The position numbers and the translations under genes are program-made. A DNA stretch of 53,735 nt, taken from the NCBI GenBank assembly GCA_023249935.1, contig JAHFBQ010000001.1, positions 1 through 53,735 on the forward strand, in the 5' to 3' direction. This document shows, one piece after another, positions 34,644 to 42,640 of this stretch; the first letter of the stretch is position 1; the number at the start of each line of letters is the position of its first letter. The notes under the pieces were generated by a model that searched no databases, had not been told where the DNA came from, and worked only from the letters and a program-made list of their open reading frames with translations. This DNA is from a bacterium. GTDB lineage: Bacteria; Babelota; Babeliae; Babelales; RVW-14.

Positions 34644-34734
34644 GTGCTTCGAGACAGCCCTGGCGAGCTTCCTCAGGATGAGCGGAGAGAAAAACCGCTC
34701 GTGCTGAGGAGGCCGCCAGGCCGTCTCGAAGCAC
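34644..34734. repeat. 91-nt GC-rich imperfect palindrome built from two inverted copies of a short repeat unit (CCGCTCATCCTGAGGA-N12-14-GTCTCGAAGCAC)
   Basis: Left arm GTGCTTCGAGACAGCCCTGGCGAGCTTCCTCAGGATGAGCGG. The reverse complement of the right arm is GTGCTTCGAGACGGCCTGGCGGCCTCCTCAGCACGAGCGG. The same unit recurs at 35531-35575. Confidence 0.8.
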
Positions 34735-35032
34735 AAGAGCGATTAATCGAGATCAAATGAAGATGCTCTAATTCTACGGAATGGTATTAGGACTCATAGC
34801 TTTTTATTTCAAAAAAGCCCGGTAGATGTTTTTTGAAGAAAATTGCAAAATAGTGAAAAAGTCATCATTTTGATACCTGTGGAGTTATGAAGCACTACCA
34901 GTTTTAATTCATATAGAAATTTATATATTGACTTTGATAAGCTGAATCTTGTAGCTTGAGGAGAATGAGAGCGGTTTTAGTGGTCTGAGTTGCTTGATTT
35001 AAGTTTTCATAAATTATAAAAAGGAGGTTCTT

Positions 35033-35374
35033 ATGAAGAAGTTAGCAATGATTCTTGGTTGGGTTTTTACTTTAGTTGTGGTGCAGATGTGTGAGGGTAC
35101 AGAAGTTCGTAATGATTCAGGATACAAGCTTGATATTTGCAGTTACAGTGAGCAGGATGGAAAAATGTCCAAAAGTGAATACTGCACTATAGAGGATGGT
35201 TTTACTCGACATGTTTCCGGTAATCGCCTGATTATACGTGGTGGCCAGAGTGGCCACTCCAGTGTTTTTATCGAGAGCGCAAACTATACCAGTACTTATG
35301 TAATCACATTTGAAAAAGAGTTAGGTGATGAAGGGTCAGGGACCCTTAGGTGTAGAAAAGAAACATCGGATTAG
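35033..35374 (+). CDS. Small secreted hypothetical protein
   Basis: Strong RBS AAAGGAGG 7 nt before the ATG. Signal-peptide-like MKKLAMILGWVFTLVVVQMCEG. 113 aa. Confidence 0.7.
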   Translation: MKKLAMILGWVFTLVVVQMCEGTEVRNDSGYKLDICSYSEQDGKMSKSEYCTIEDGFTRHVSGNRLIIRGGQSGHSSVFIESANYTSTYVITFEKELGDEGSGTLRCRKETSD

Positions 35375-35500
35375 CATTATCATCCAGCATACCGCGAATA
35401 ATCTATCATCCTCAATTTTCCAGGACGACCAGCCCTTTTTTGCGCATTAATCAGCCGGTTTTAATCGCTTTGCGGGTGCGTTATGACTTCTACGATTTCC

Positions 35501-35615
35501 CTGCTCATCCTGATGAGCAGCCCTTCGACACCGCTCATCCTGAGGAGTGACGAAGTCGCGTCTCGAAGGACATGTGCGGTGCTCAGGATAAACTTCAGCT
35601 ACGTCTCGAAGGATA
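35501..35615. repeat. Cluster of the same GC-rich repeat family (20-nt perfect palindrome CTGCTCATCCTGATGAGCAG plus two direct units ending GTCTCGAAGGA)
   Basis: CCGCTCATCCTGAGGAGTGACGAAGTCGCGTCTCGAAGGACAT (35531-35573) aligns with the reverse complement of 34644-34690. A second CGTCTCGAAGGA lies at 35602-35613. Confidence 0.8.
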
Positions 35616-36365
35616 TTCTTGAGCGGGCATTGTCATTGGCGAAGCCTGATTTGTAACTGGTGGCGGCACAACTTGGGGCGCTATTCCCGTTACTAAAGGA
35701 CCAGTCTCAGAGGTAGAGTATGCAATCTGAGTTAGGTTGAGTTTGGTGCGCAAGAAATTTTGGACAGCTGGAGCTACTTTTTCGGAGAGGTAAGAGCTAG
35801 CGATGCTCACTACCATGGTTATTGCAATATCAATTGCGTTATTGAGTATGACCTGCCCGATTGTAAGGATCGTTGGTATGAAGTTATGTACAAGAATAAG
35901 ATCTTCTGTAATAAAATAATTTTCATGCTTTTCGACGGAAATTCTGTGGATAGGAACTTTTATATTGAGCGGGGCCCAATTGATCTTTTTACAGAATTGA
36001 ACAGGTATTGGGCCTTTGATTGCGGAAAATACGGTGTCTTTGCCAGCCTCAAGATCGATTAATTTTGTCCAAGCGTTGCGGCTTGGGGAGAAGAAATATT
36101 GTTGTGCGTCGGCATGAATTTTAGTGTCGTTAACGGTAAGTTCATAGTATACAAATTCCTCAGTTGTCTCTTTCAACGTAATCTTCCCAGGAACTATTTT
36201 ACCCTCGGTACTCAGCGCAAATACCTCAAAGCCTTGGCACATATTTTGCATTGACTTCAAACCTGTCTGCCAAGTGGCAACAAGCGTGTCTGCGGTAAAA
36301 CCCTCGCCAAATAGAGGTGTAGTGAACAATATACATAGAAGTGAAAGCAAAATTTTTTTACTCAT
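35595..36365 (-). CDS. Secreted/membrane protein: signal peptide + degenerate Hint domain + hydrophobic helix + Pro-rich tail
   Basis: Signal MSKKILLSLLCILFTTPLFG. Hint blocks G-FTADTLVATWQTG..., KIHADAQQYFFSPSRNAWTKLIDLEAGKD and IHRISVEKHENYFITEDLILVHN. Then IPTILTIGQVILNNAIDIAITMVVSIA. Confidence 0.7.
   Translation of the reverse strand: MSKKILLSLLCILFTTPLFGEGFTADTLVATWQTGLKSMQNMCQGFEVFALSTEGKIVPGKITLKETTEEFVYYELTVNDTKIHADAQQYFFSPSRNAWTKLIDLEAGKDTVFSAIKGPIPVQFCKKINWAPLNIKVPIHRISVEKHENYFITEDLILVHNFIPTILTIGQVILNNAIDIAITMVVSIASSYLSEKVAPAVQNFLRTKLNLTQIAYSTSETGPLVTGIAPQVVPPPVTNQASPMTMPAQEYPSRRS
35883..36302 (-). other. Degenerate Hint domain (Gly1, terminal His-Asn)
   Basis: Same block order as 13993-14397. 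Confidence 0.6.
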
Positions 36366-36369
36366 GGGC

Positions 36370-36984
36370 TTACTCAGTAGAATTTTTTAGTTGTTTCTCT
36401 TGTGCCAACACCTCGTTGTATAGTTTTTTTATGAGTACATAAAATTGGGAATAATCTTTGGCATCTTTCTTAAAAAAGCTTTTGCATTTGTGATACATGT
36501 GATCGGTGTTAAAACCCTCTATGACGCGGGCTTTAGGGTTTTTCTCGAGTTCAAGCATGAGCGCCTTGATGTAATTGGTATAATCAGGGCACGTCTCTTT
36601 AATTGCATCGATAAAAGCTTGGTGTTTATATAATTCATGATCAGCAAGAATCTCTTTGTCAGCAGTTCTTGATACTTGGCGTTTGAGCGTTATTGTGGCA
36701 ATGAATTCCTCTTTAGAGGTTCCCTCTAATTCTTTTTGTCGTTGCTTAGCATCAATCTTATTTTTTGAAGGTCCTATAAGATGAAGTAATCCATCAACTG
36801 ATTTGCTGATAGCCACCGCCGCAAGGCTGCTTGCAAGAATAGTGAGCGGTTCAAATGCTTTGATGGTAGTGGTGTTAAAAACTGTAAGGCAGGTGATGGC
36901 AAAGATGCTTGTGTTGATACGTGTATTTACAGGATATATTTTTTTAAAAGCAGTATTCATCATCTTTTCAGATACCCCCAGCAT
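36370..36984 (-). CDS. Hypothetical membrane-anchored helical protein, upstream partner of the Hint protein
   Basis: The ORF ends 4 nt before the Hint gene ATG. There is one hydrophobic stretch (IFAITCLTVF...LTILASSLAAVAI) followed by charged helical sequence. The start is uncertain (36984, 36963 or 36960); the track start 37251 would overlap galE. Confidence 0.5.
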   Translation of the reverse strand: MLGVSEKMMNTAFKKIYPVNTRINTSIFAITCLTVFNTTTIKAFEPLTILASSLAAVAISKSVDGLLHLIGPSKNKIDAKQRQKELEGTSKEEFIATITLKRQVSRTADKEILADHELYKHQAFIDAIKETCPDYTNYIKALMLELEKNPKARVIEGFNTDHMYHKCKSFFKKDAKDYSQFYVLIKKLYNEVLAQEKQLKNSTE

Positions 36985-37181
36985 GATTTTTCCCAGAAAA
37001 ATTCCCCTAATTTTAAAATAAAGGTTATCTGTTGGTTCATGCAAGTATGGCGGGATGAGGTGGAAATGGCTAAGGATGTGCAGGGGTTTGATTTTGTAAA
37101 TTATTACTTGCGCTTCTCTGGTGTGCCCTTTACATTGAAGCGATGGTCTCGTGTCTCTAAGGCCCTTGCACATGGAGTAGT

Positions 37182-38186
37182 ATGAAAAAAGCGGTTTTAG
37201 TGACCGGTGGTGCTGGATACATAGGATCGCACACCACGCTTGCTCTGGCAATTGAAGGATATCACGTTGTTATTCTCGACGATTTTTCTCAGAGTCAAAC
37301 AGTTGATCTTCCATGGGCTGAGGTTATGCATGGTGATATCGCTGATGTTGTGTTGTTAAATATAATTTTTAAACGGTATGAAATCCAAGCAGTATTTCAC
37401 TTTGCGGCCTTCATTGAGGTTGGTGAATCGGTGAAACGGCCTCGTTCATTTTACGATAATAATGTTTCTAAGACAGCAACGCTGCTCGCCGTAATGCTTG
37501 ATCACGATGTGCGGCGTATTATTTTTTCTTCAAGTTGTGCCGTCTACGGCGCACCACAGTATGTACCTATGGATGAATTTCATCCGACGGCTCCTGTTAG
37601 CCCCTATGGGCGAACCAAACTTGCCGTTGAATTTATGTTGCAGGATTATGCGCGGGCGTATGGACTTGGCTATGCAAGCCTACGTTATTTCAATGCTTCC
37701 GGTGCTCAATGGGAGCATGGTTTGGGAGAGCAGCATACACCAGAGACGCATCTTATTCCGTTACTGCTTGATGCTATTACGCAAGGCCGTGAAGTGTATA
37801 TTTTCGGTGATGACTACGCAACGCTTGATGGTACGTGTGTACGAGACTATGTGCATGTACGAGATCTTGCGCAAGCGCATGTGCTTGCTTTCAAGCAGTT
37901 GCTTAATAAATCCGAATCGCTGGTTATCAATGTTGGTACCGGCGTTGGGCATTCAGTAAGAGAAGTCCTCGCTGTTACTGAACATGTTTGTAGGAGAGCT
38001 GCAAAAGTGCAAGTCATGCCGCGTCGACTTGGTGATGCACCTGTGCTTGTATCGAACACGCAACGCATGCAAGAAATTTTTTGCTGGCAACCTGAGCATT
38101 CTGATTTAATGACCATTGTAACGTCTGCGTATGCATGGCATCAGCAGCGACGCCAAGAAAGGCAGGCGCTGCACGTGACTCTATGA
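37182..38186 (+). CDS. galE: UDP-glucose 4-epimerase
   Basis: Motifs VLVTGGAGYIGSH and SSSCAVYG...YGRTKL (YxxxK). 334 aa. Confidence 0.85.
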   Translation: MKKAVLVTGGAGYIGSHTTLALAIEGYHVVILDDFSQSQTVDLPWAEVMHGDIADVVLLNIIFKRYEIQAVFHFAAFIEVGESVKRPRSFYDNNVSKTATLLAVMLDHDVRRIIFSSSCAVYGAPQYVPMDEFHPTAPVSPYGRTKLAVEFMLQDYARAYGLGYASLRYFNASGAQWEHGLGEQHTPETHLIPLLLDAITQGREVYIFGDDYATLDGTCVRDYVHVRDLAQAHVLAFKQLLNKSESLVINVGTGVGHSVREVLAVTEHVCRRAAKVQVMPRRLGDAPVLVSNTQRMQEIFCWQPEHSDLMTIVTSAYAWHQQRRQERQALHVTL

Positions 38187-38204
38187 TCTTAAAGGACAGG
38201 AGAA

Positions 38205-39734
38205 GTGATGAAAAAATTGTACGCGTTCTCATTACTTGTGATCGTGGCATTCGTGCTGAGGGCTGCTGTTTTTTGGGGGTATCTTGGCGAAGAAGACCGG
38301 TACTGGCAAATAGATTCAGCAACGTATCAAGCGCTTGCTCAAGAGCTCTCAGTCAATAATCGCTTTACTACGCCGGATGGCAATCCAGATGCCTATCGTG
38401 TTCCAGGCTATCCACTTTTTCTAGCAACGGTTTATAAAATGGTTGGTGTTAATCATCATGCTGCGCTTTGGGTGCAGATTATTCTGGCAAGTTTCATACC
38501 ATTACTTGTGTACTTTCTCGCTTGTGTTTTATTTCCTGCACGCCGTCGGATTGCGTGGGCTGCCGCCATTGTTACGACGATACATCTTGGGTATGTACTT
38601 TCTGCCGGTTTTATGATGACTGAGACGTTGTTTGTATTTTTGTTTTTATTATTTCTTATTCCCTTCTCGCGTGCAGTACTTCGTGCTGATACAGAGGGAG
38701 CTTGTGCAATCTCTGGAGGGTGTCCATCGTCGGCAGAATCAAGGCGGTTTTATGATATGATGGTGCTCAATTCGACGGCAGAAGGGCAGGCATTTACAGG
38801 ATTTTTTGATGATATTGTTGAGTCTGATATAGCAGCTGTCCGTTGCATGTGCCAGCCAGAAGATTCGGAGGGGTTGGATGTTTTCTTTGCTGGAATGATG
38901 CTTGGCTTGGCGTCCTTAGTGCGGCCTGTCGGTCATTATCTTATGGTAGTTGCAGTGCTGATTTTATTCTTTTCAGGGCATAGCCGCGTTAAACAATTCT
39001 TAGAATGTGGAGTGCTTGGGTTTGGCTGGTTCATCGTTGTTGGTGGCTGGTTGGTGCGTAATGCATTACTCTTTGGTCACCTTTTTTTTCATACGCTTCC
39101 TGGGGGGCATTTTCTGTACCTTTCAGCGGCACGTGTTGTAGCTGTTCAAGAAAATATCTCATACCAAGATGCACGTGCCGAATTGCGCGCCATTATTCAA
39201 GATCGTGAAGCTGCTGCGATTGAACAAAAAGGAGAAAGGCTATCTCGTATTGAAGTTAGCAAATTGCATGAGAGATTGGCACTAGAAACGTTTTGGGCTG
39301 CGCCTATGATAACGTTAAAATTATGGGTACAGGATATGTTTCGAACGACTTGCTCGTTGCATAGTGCTGAGCTTTTATATCTTGAATCTGGACGGCAGGG
39401 CATAGATTATTTTGCTACCAATAGGCCAGTAAGTAATTGGTTTAAGCGCTATCTTGAACCGCAAACGGATAAGTTTTGGCTGAAATGTTTGATCTGGGCT
39501 GAAATCGTTTTTAATGCACTGATGCTTTTTGGTTTAGCGTGGTTTTGCTATCGAGCATTACTTGGGGGTGTGCGTCGCATACCAAAAGTATTGTGGTTAG
39601 TATTACCGTTTATTCTCTTGTTTATTGTCATTGCACTTTCTGGTGGCTATGCTCGCATGCGGCTGCCGATGGAATTTTTGATAATTATTTTGGCATGTGC
39701 TAGTGTTCCCTGGTTGTACTACAAAAGAGCTTAA
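38205..39734 (+). CDS. GT-C-fold glycosyltransferase, ArnT/PMT_2 (GT39/GT83-like) type, with a Cys-rich loop insertion
   Basis: Motifs AYRVPGYPLFLA and LVRPVGH. Multi-pass. Paralog of 39734..41116 and 44593..45909. Confidence 0.65.
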   Translation: MMKKLYAFSLLVIVAFVLRAAVFWGYLGEEDRYWQIDSATYQALAQELSVNNRFTTPDGNPDAYRVPGYPLFLATVYKMVGVNHHAALWVQIILASFIPLLVYFLACVLFPARRRIAWAAAIVTTIHLGYVLSAGFMMTETLFVFLFLLFLIPFSRAVLRADTEGACAISGGCPSSAESRRFYDMMVLNSTAEGQAFTGFFDDIVESDIAAVRCMCQPEDSEGLDVFFAGMMLGLASLVRPVGHYLMVVAVLILFFSGHSRVKQFLECGVLGFGWFIVVGGWLVRNALLFGHLFFHTLPGGHFLYLSAARVVAVQENISYQDARAELRAIIQDREAAAIEQKGERLSRIEVSKLHERLALETFWAAPMITLKLWVQDMFRTTCSLHSAELLYLESGRQGIDYFATNRPVSNWFKRYLEPQTDKFWLKCLIWAEIVFNALMLFGLAWFCYRALLGGVRRIPKVLWLVLPFILLFIVIALSGGYARMRLPMEFLIIILACASVPWLYYKRA

Positions 39735-41116
39735 TGATTTGTTTAAAGATTAAAAAAGTTTTTCTTTTCTGCCTGTCCTTGGGCATTATCGCATTTATTG
39801 TCTATGCAGGATTTTATTTTCTCTTTCTGAGTAATAACCCCTGTGTATTAATGTATGACTCGGGTCATTACCATGAAGGAGCTATTGCGCTGATCCAGCA
39901 GGGTGCGTATGTAAGTGATTCTGGGGTGCCACTTTTTTACCGCCTCCCAGGGTATCCATTTTTTTTAGCAATTCTCTATTGGATAACTAATTATTCCGTG
40001 CGGGGAGCACTTCTTCTGCACATTGTTTTTGCCGCGATGTTGCCAATACTTATTTGGTTCGTTGTCTTGCGATTAACAGGGCGGCGACGGCTGGCTGGTT
40101 TGACAGCATGGTTAAGTGCGTGTGCACCAGCATTTATGATATTTTCTGGTCTTGTTATGAGTGAGATTTTATCGACGTGGCTGTTTCTTATATTTCTTAT
40201 TTTTGTATTGTGTGCTCTTGATGATCCCAATCGATTGCGTTTTTTTATTGGTAGCGGCATCTTTCTTGGTGTGTTGTCGCTTGTGCGGCCAGTTGGCCAC
40301 TTACTTGTGCCGTTTGCTGTAGGATTTATGATTATTTTTTTGGCTACATCATGGCGTCAAAGACTTTTATCCATAGTAATATTTGTTGTAAGTTGGGTGG
40401 CGGCAATTACTCCTTGGGTCTTACGCAATTTTATGCTTACTGGGCATCTGTTTTTTCATACACTGTCAGGCCCTCATTTTATTAACCATGTTGCGTTGCG
40501 GTTAGTTGCGGCAGGTGAACAGATTTCCTACAGCGATGCAAAAAGCAGCCTGTATGAACGGTTGAAAGAGCTTGAAATAGAAAATCGAGAAGTTCTTGGT
40601 CACGGCCTTTCTGAGATTGAACTTGCAAACTTATATGAACGCGAAACGATTTCTATCATTAAGCGTTATCCCGCGCAATTTTTGCATCTTACAGCGATTA
40701 ATTGCTTTAAAACCATGTTCTCATTGTATTCTAGCGAACTGCTTGTGATTGATGCCGGCGGGGCATTGCCATCGTATGATCGAACAGGATTAATGGTAAA
40801 GATAAAGCGTTTTTTAATGCCGACAGTGAACAATAGTTTGATTATTGGTGTTATTTATCTTGAGCTTGTATTGCTGCTTCTGACGATTGTTGGCGTATTG
40901 CTGGCGACTGTACGGTTCTGGCGTATCCTGTTCCAGCCGCGTATCATGTTAGTTGTGGGATTGATGGTTTTTTTTGTAGGCATAAGCTTGGCTTGTGGGT
41001 ATGCACGGTTGCGGATAGCTCTAGAGCCTTTTTATTTATTAGCAGCTGCCTATGCGCTCAACGAGCTGTCTCTTTGGTATCAACGCTCTGTATCGGGTCG
41101 GCTGTTGTCAAAGTAG
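39734..41116 (+). CDS. GT-C-fold glycosyltransferase, ArnT/PMT_2-like paralog
   Basis: Motifs FYRLPGYPFFLA, LVRPVGH, RNFMLTGHLFFHTL and YARLR. The start overlaps the upstream stop (TAATG). Confidence 0.65.
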   Translation: MICLKIKKVFLFCLSLGIIAFIVYAGFYFLFLSNNPCVLMYDSGHYHEGAIALIQQGAYVSDSGVPLFYRLPGYPFFLAILYWITNYSVRGALLLHIVFAAMLPILIWFVVLRLTGRRRLAGLTAWLSACAPAFMIFSGLVMSEILSTWLFLIFLIFVLCALDDPNRLRFFIGSGIFLGVLSLVRPVGHLLVPFAVGFMIIFLATSWRQRLLSIVIFVVSWVAAITPWVLRNFMLTGHLFFHTLSGPHFINHVALRLVAAGEQISYSDAKSSLYERLKELEIENREVLGHGLSEIELANLYERETISIIKRYPAQFLHLTAINCFKTMFSLYSSELLVIDAGGALPSYDRTGLMVKIKRFLMPTVNNSLIIGVIYLELVLLLLTIVGVLLATVRFWRILFQPRIMLVVGLMVFFVGISLACGYARLRIALEPFYLLAAAYALNELSLWYQRSVSGRLLSK

Positions 41117-41147
41117 TTTTTTTTCAGTAACGTGAACTGAAATCGGT

Positions 41148-42611
41148 TTGACTTTCCAAAGAAAAGGTGGAGTGGTGAGTATACAGAAAAAACAGGCCGT
41201 GATTATTGGAGCGGGCCCTGCTGGCTTAACCGCCGGTATTGAGCTTTTAAAGATAGAGCACGTGGATGTTACTGTCCTAGAACGTGATAATGTCATCGGA
41301 GGTTTAGCGCGTACAAATGAGTACAAGGGCTATCGCTATGATATTGGTCCTCACCATTTTATAACAGATTCCGATGCGGTAATGGCTTGGTGGCTTGATA
41401 TGATGGCTGATGACTTTCATCCTCATAAGCGCTACACGCGGATTCATTATAAGAATCATTTTTTCAACTATCCCCTTGAACCGCTCAATGTGATTATGGG
41501 ACTTTCTTTTTTTGAGTGTATTCGATCCGTCTTGAGCTACGTCAGGGCGCGCATATTTCCTATAAAAAAACCAAAAACATTTCAGGACTGGATTACTAAT
41601 CGATTTGGTTCCCGTCTCTTTGATATGTTTTTCAAAACATACACCGAAAAAGTTTGGGGTATTGCATGCGACAAAATTTCTGCTGACTGGGCCGCCCAGC
41701 GTATCAAGGGCTTCTCATTGAGCCAGGCAATGTTTTATGCCTTTTTTGGACGATGGTTCAAAAAAAATGCGCCGCGCACCATTCAAGACACCTTTTATTA
41801 CCCATCGCTAGGAGCGGGATCTTTCTGGGAGCGTGCAGCTAAGCGCTTGACCAAAATGGGAGGTACAATTCAGCTCAATCATGGTGTGCAGAAGCTTGAA
41901 CATGATGGAGCGCGCATTGTTGCCGTGATAGCTAGCGATGCAAAGGGCGGGCAAGAGCGTTTTGAGGCGGATGAGTTTTTTTCAACCATGCCTTTGCAAG
42001 CATTAATTCATGCGCTTGACCCATTGCCATCAGAGGAGATAATTGTTGCGGCAAAGGCGTTACAATATCGTGGTCTTATCACAGTGAATTTGGTTATCAA
42101 CAAGGATACCGTTATTCCTGATCATTGGTTGTATGTGCATGAAAAAAGTGTGCGCATGGGGCGTATCGGTAACATGAATAATTTTTCCCTTAAGATGGTT
42201 GCTGATCAAAATCATACAGCGCTCAGCTTGGAGTATTTTGCTTTTGTTAATGAACCGTTTTGGAAGCTCTCTGATGCAGAGTTGATTAAAATTGGGGCTC
42301 AAGAGCTTGAGCAGCTTAAGCTTGTTAAGGCGAGCGATGTAATTGATGGTATGGTTGTAAAAACCAGTGAAGCATATCCTGTGTATGATCAAAATTATCA
42401 TCAACACGTGGCTGCGGTACTTGGGTATCTAAAGCAATTTTCGAACTTGTATCTTATGGGGCGCAATGGTATGCACCGTTACAATAATATGGATGTTGCC
42501 ATGCTTTCAGCCATGCACGCGGTGAATGAGCTCAAGAAGACCTTGGGAGAGATAAAGAAACAACCAGTCCGCATGAAACAACGGCGTAAAGGTGTGCAAC
42601 CATCTGCGTAG
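41148..42611 (+). CDS. FAD/NAD(P)-binding oxidoreductase (amine-oxidase/HemY/UDP-galactopyranose-mutase-like)
   Basis: Rossmann motif AVIIGAGPAGLTAGIELL...VLERD. The start is either TTG 41148 or GTG 41172/41175, after AAAGGTGGAG. Confidence 0.7.
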   Translation: MTFQRKGGVVSIQKKQAVIIGAGPAGLTAGIELLKIEHVDVTVLERDNVIGGLARTNEYKGYRYDIGPHHFITDSDAVMAWWLDMMADDFHPHKRYTRIHYKNHFFNYPLEPLNVIMGLSFFECIRSVLSYVRARIFPIKKPKTFQDWITNRFGSRLFDMFFKTYTEKVWGIACDKISADWAAQRIKGFSLSQAMFYAFFGRWFKKNAPRTIQDTFYYPSLGAGSFWERAAKRLTKMGGTIQLNHGVQKLEHDGARIVAVIASDAKGGQERFEADEFFSTMPLQALIHALDPLPSEEIIVAAKALQYRGLITVNLVINKDTVIPDHWLYVHEKSVRMGRIGNMNNFSLKMVADQNHTALSLEYFAFVNEPFWKLSDAELIKIGAQELEQLKLVKASDVIDGMVVKTSEAYPVYDQNYHQHVAAVLGYLKQFSNLYLMGRNGMHRYNNMDVAMLSAMHAVNELKKTLGEIKKQPVRMKQRRKGVQPSA

Positions 42612-42640
42612 GGTATAATTTTTTGACAAGGGAGCGCGTC

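Noticed and set aside
34554-34736. 60-aa minus-strand ORF
   Set aside because: It lies entirely within the GC-rich palindromic repeat plus terminator hairpin. Its translation is repeat-derived and there is no RBS.
34466-34760. T-box or other known riboswitch upstream of the amino-acid transporter operon
   Set aside because: I could not find the conserved T-box core or any riboswitch core I recognise on either strand. Only a generic hairpin plus terminator is present.
37498-37959. 153-aa plus-strand ORF inside galE (other frame), plus antisense ORFs 37761..37952, 37847..38116 and 38014..38322
   Set aside because: The galE frame has unambiguous SDR/epimerase motifs. The others are overlapping shadow ORFs.
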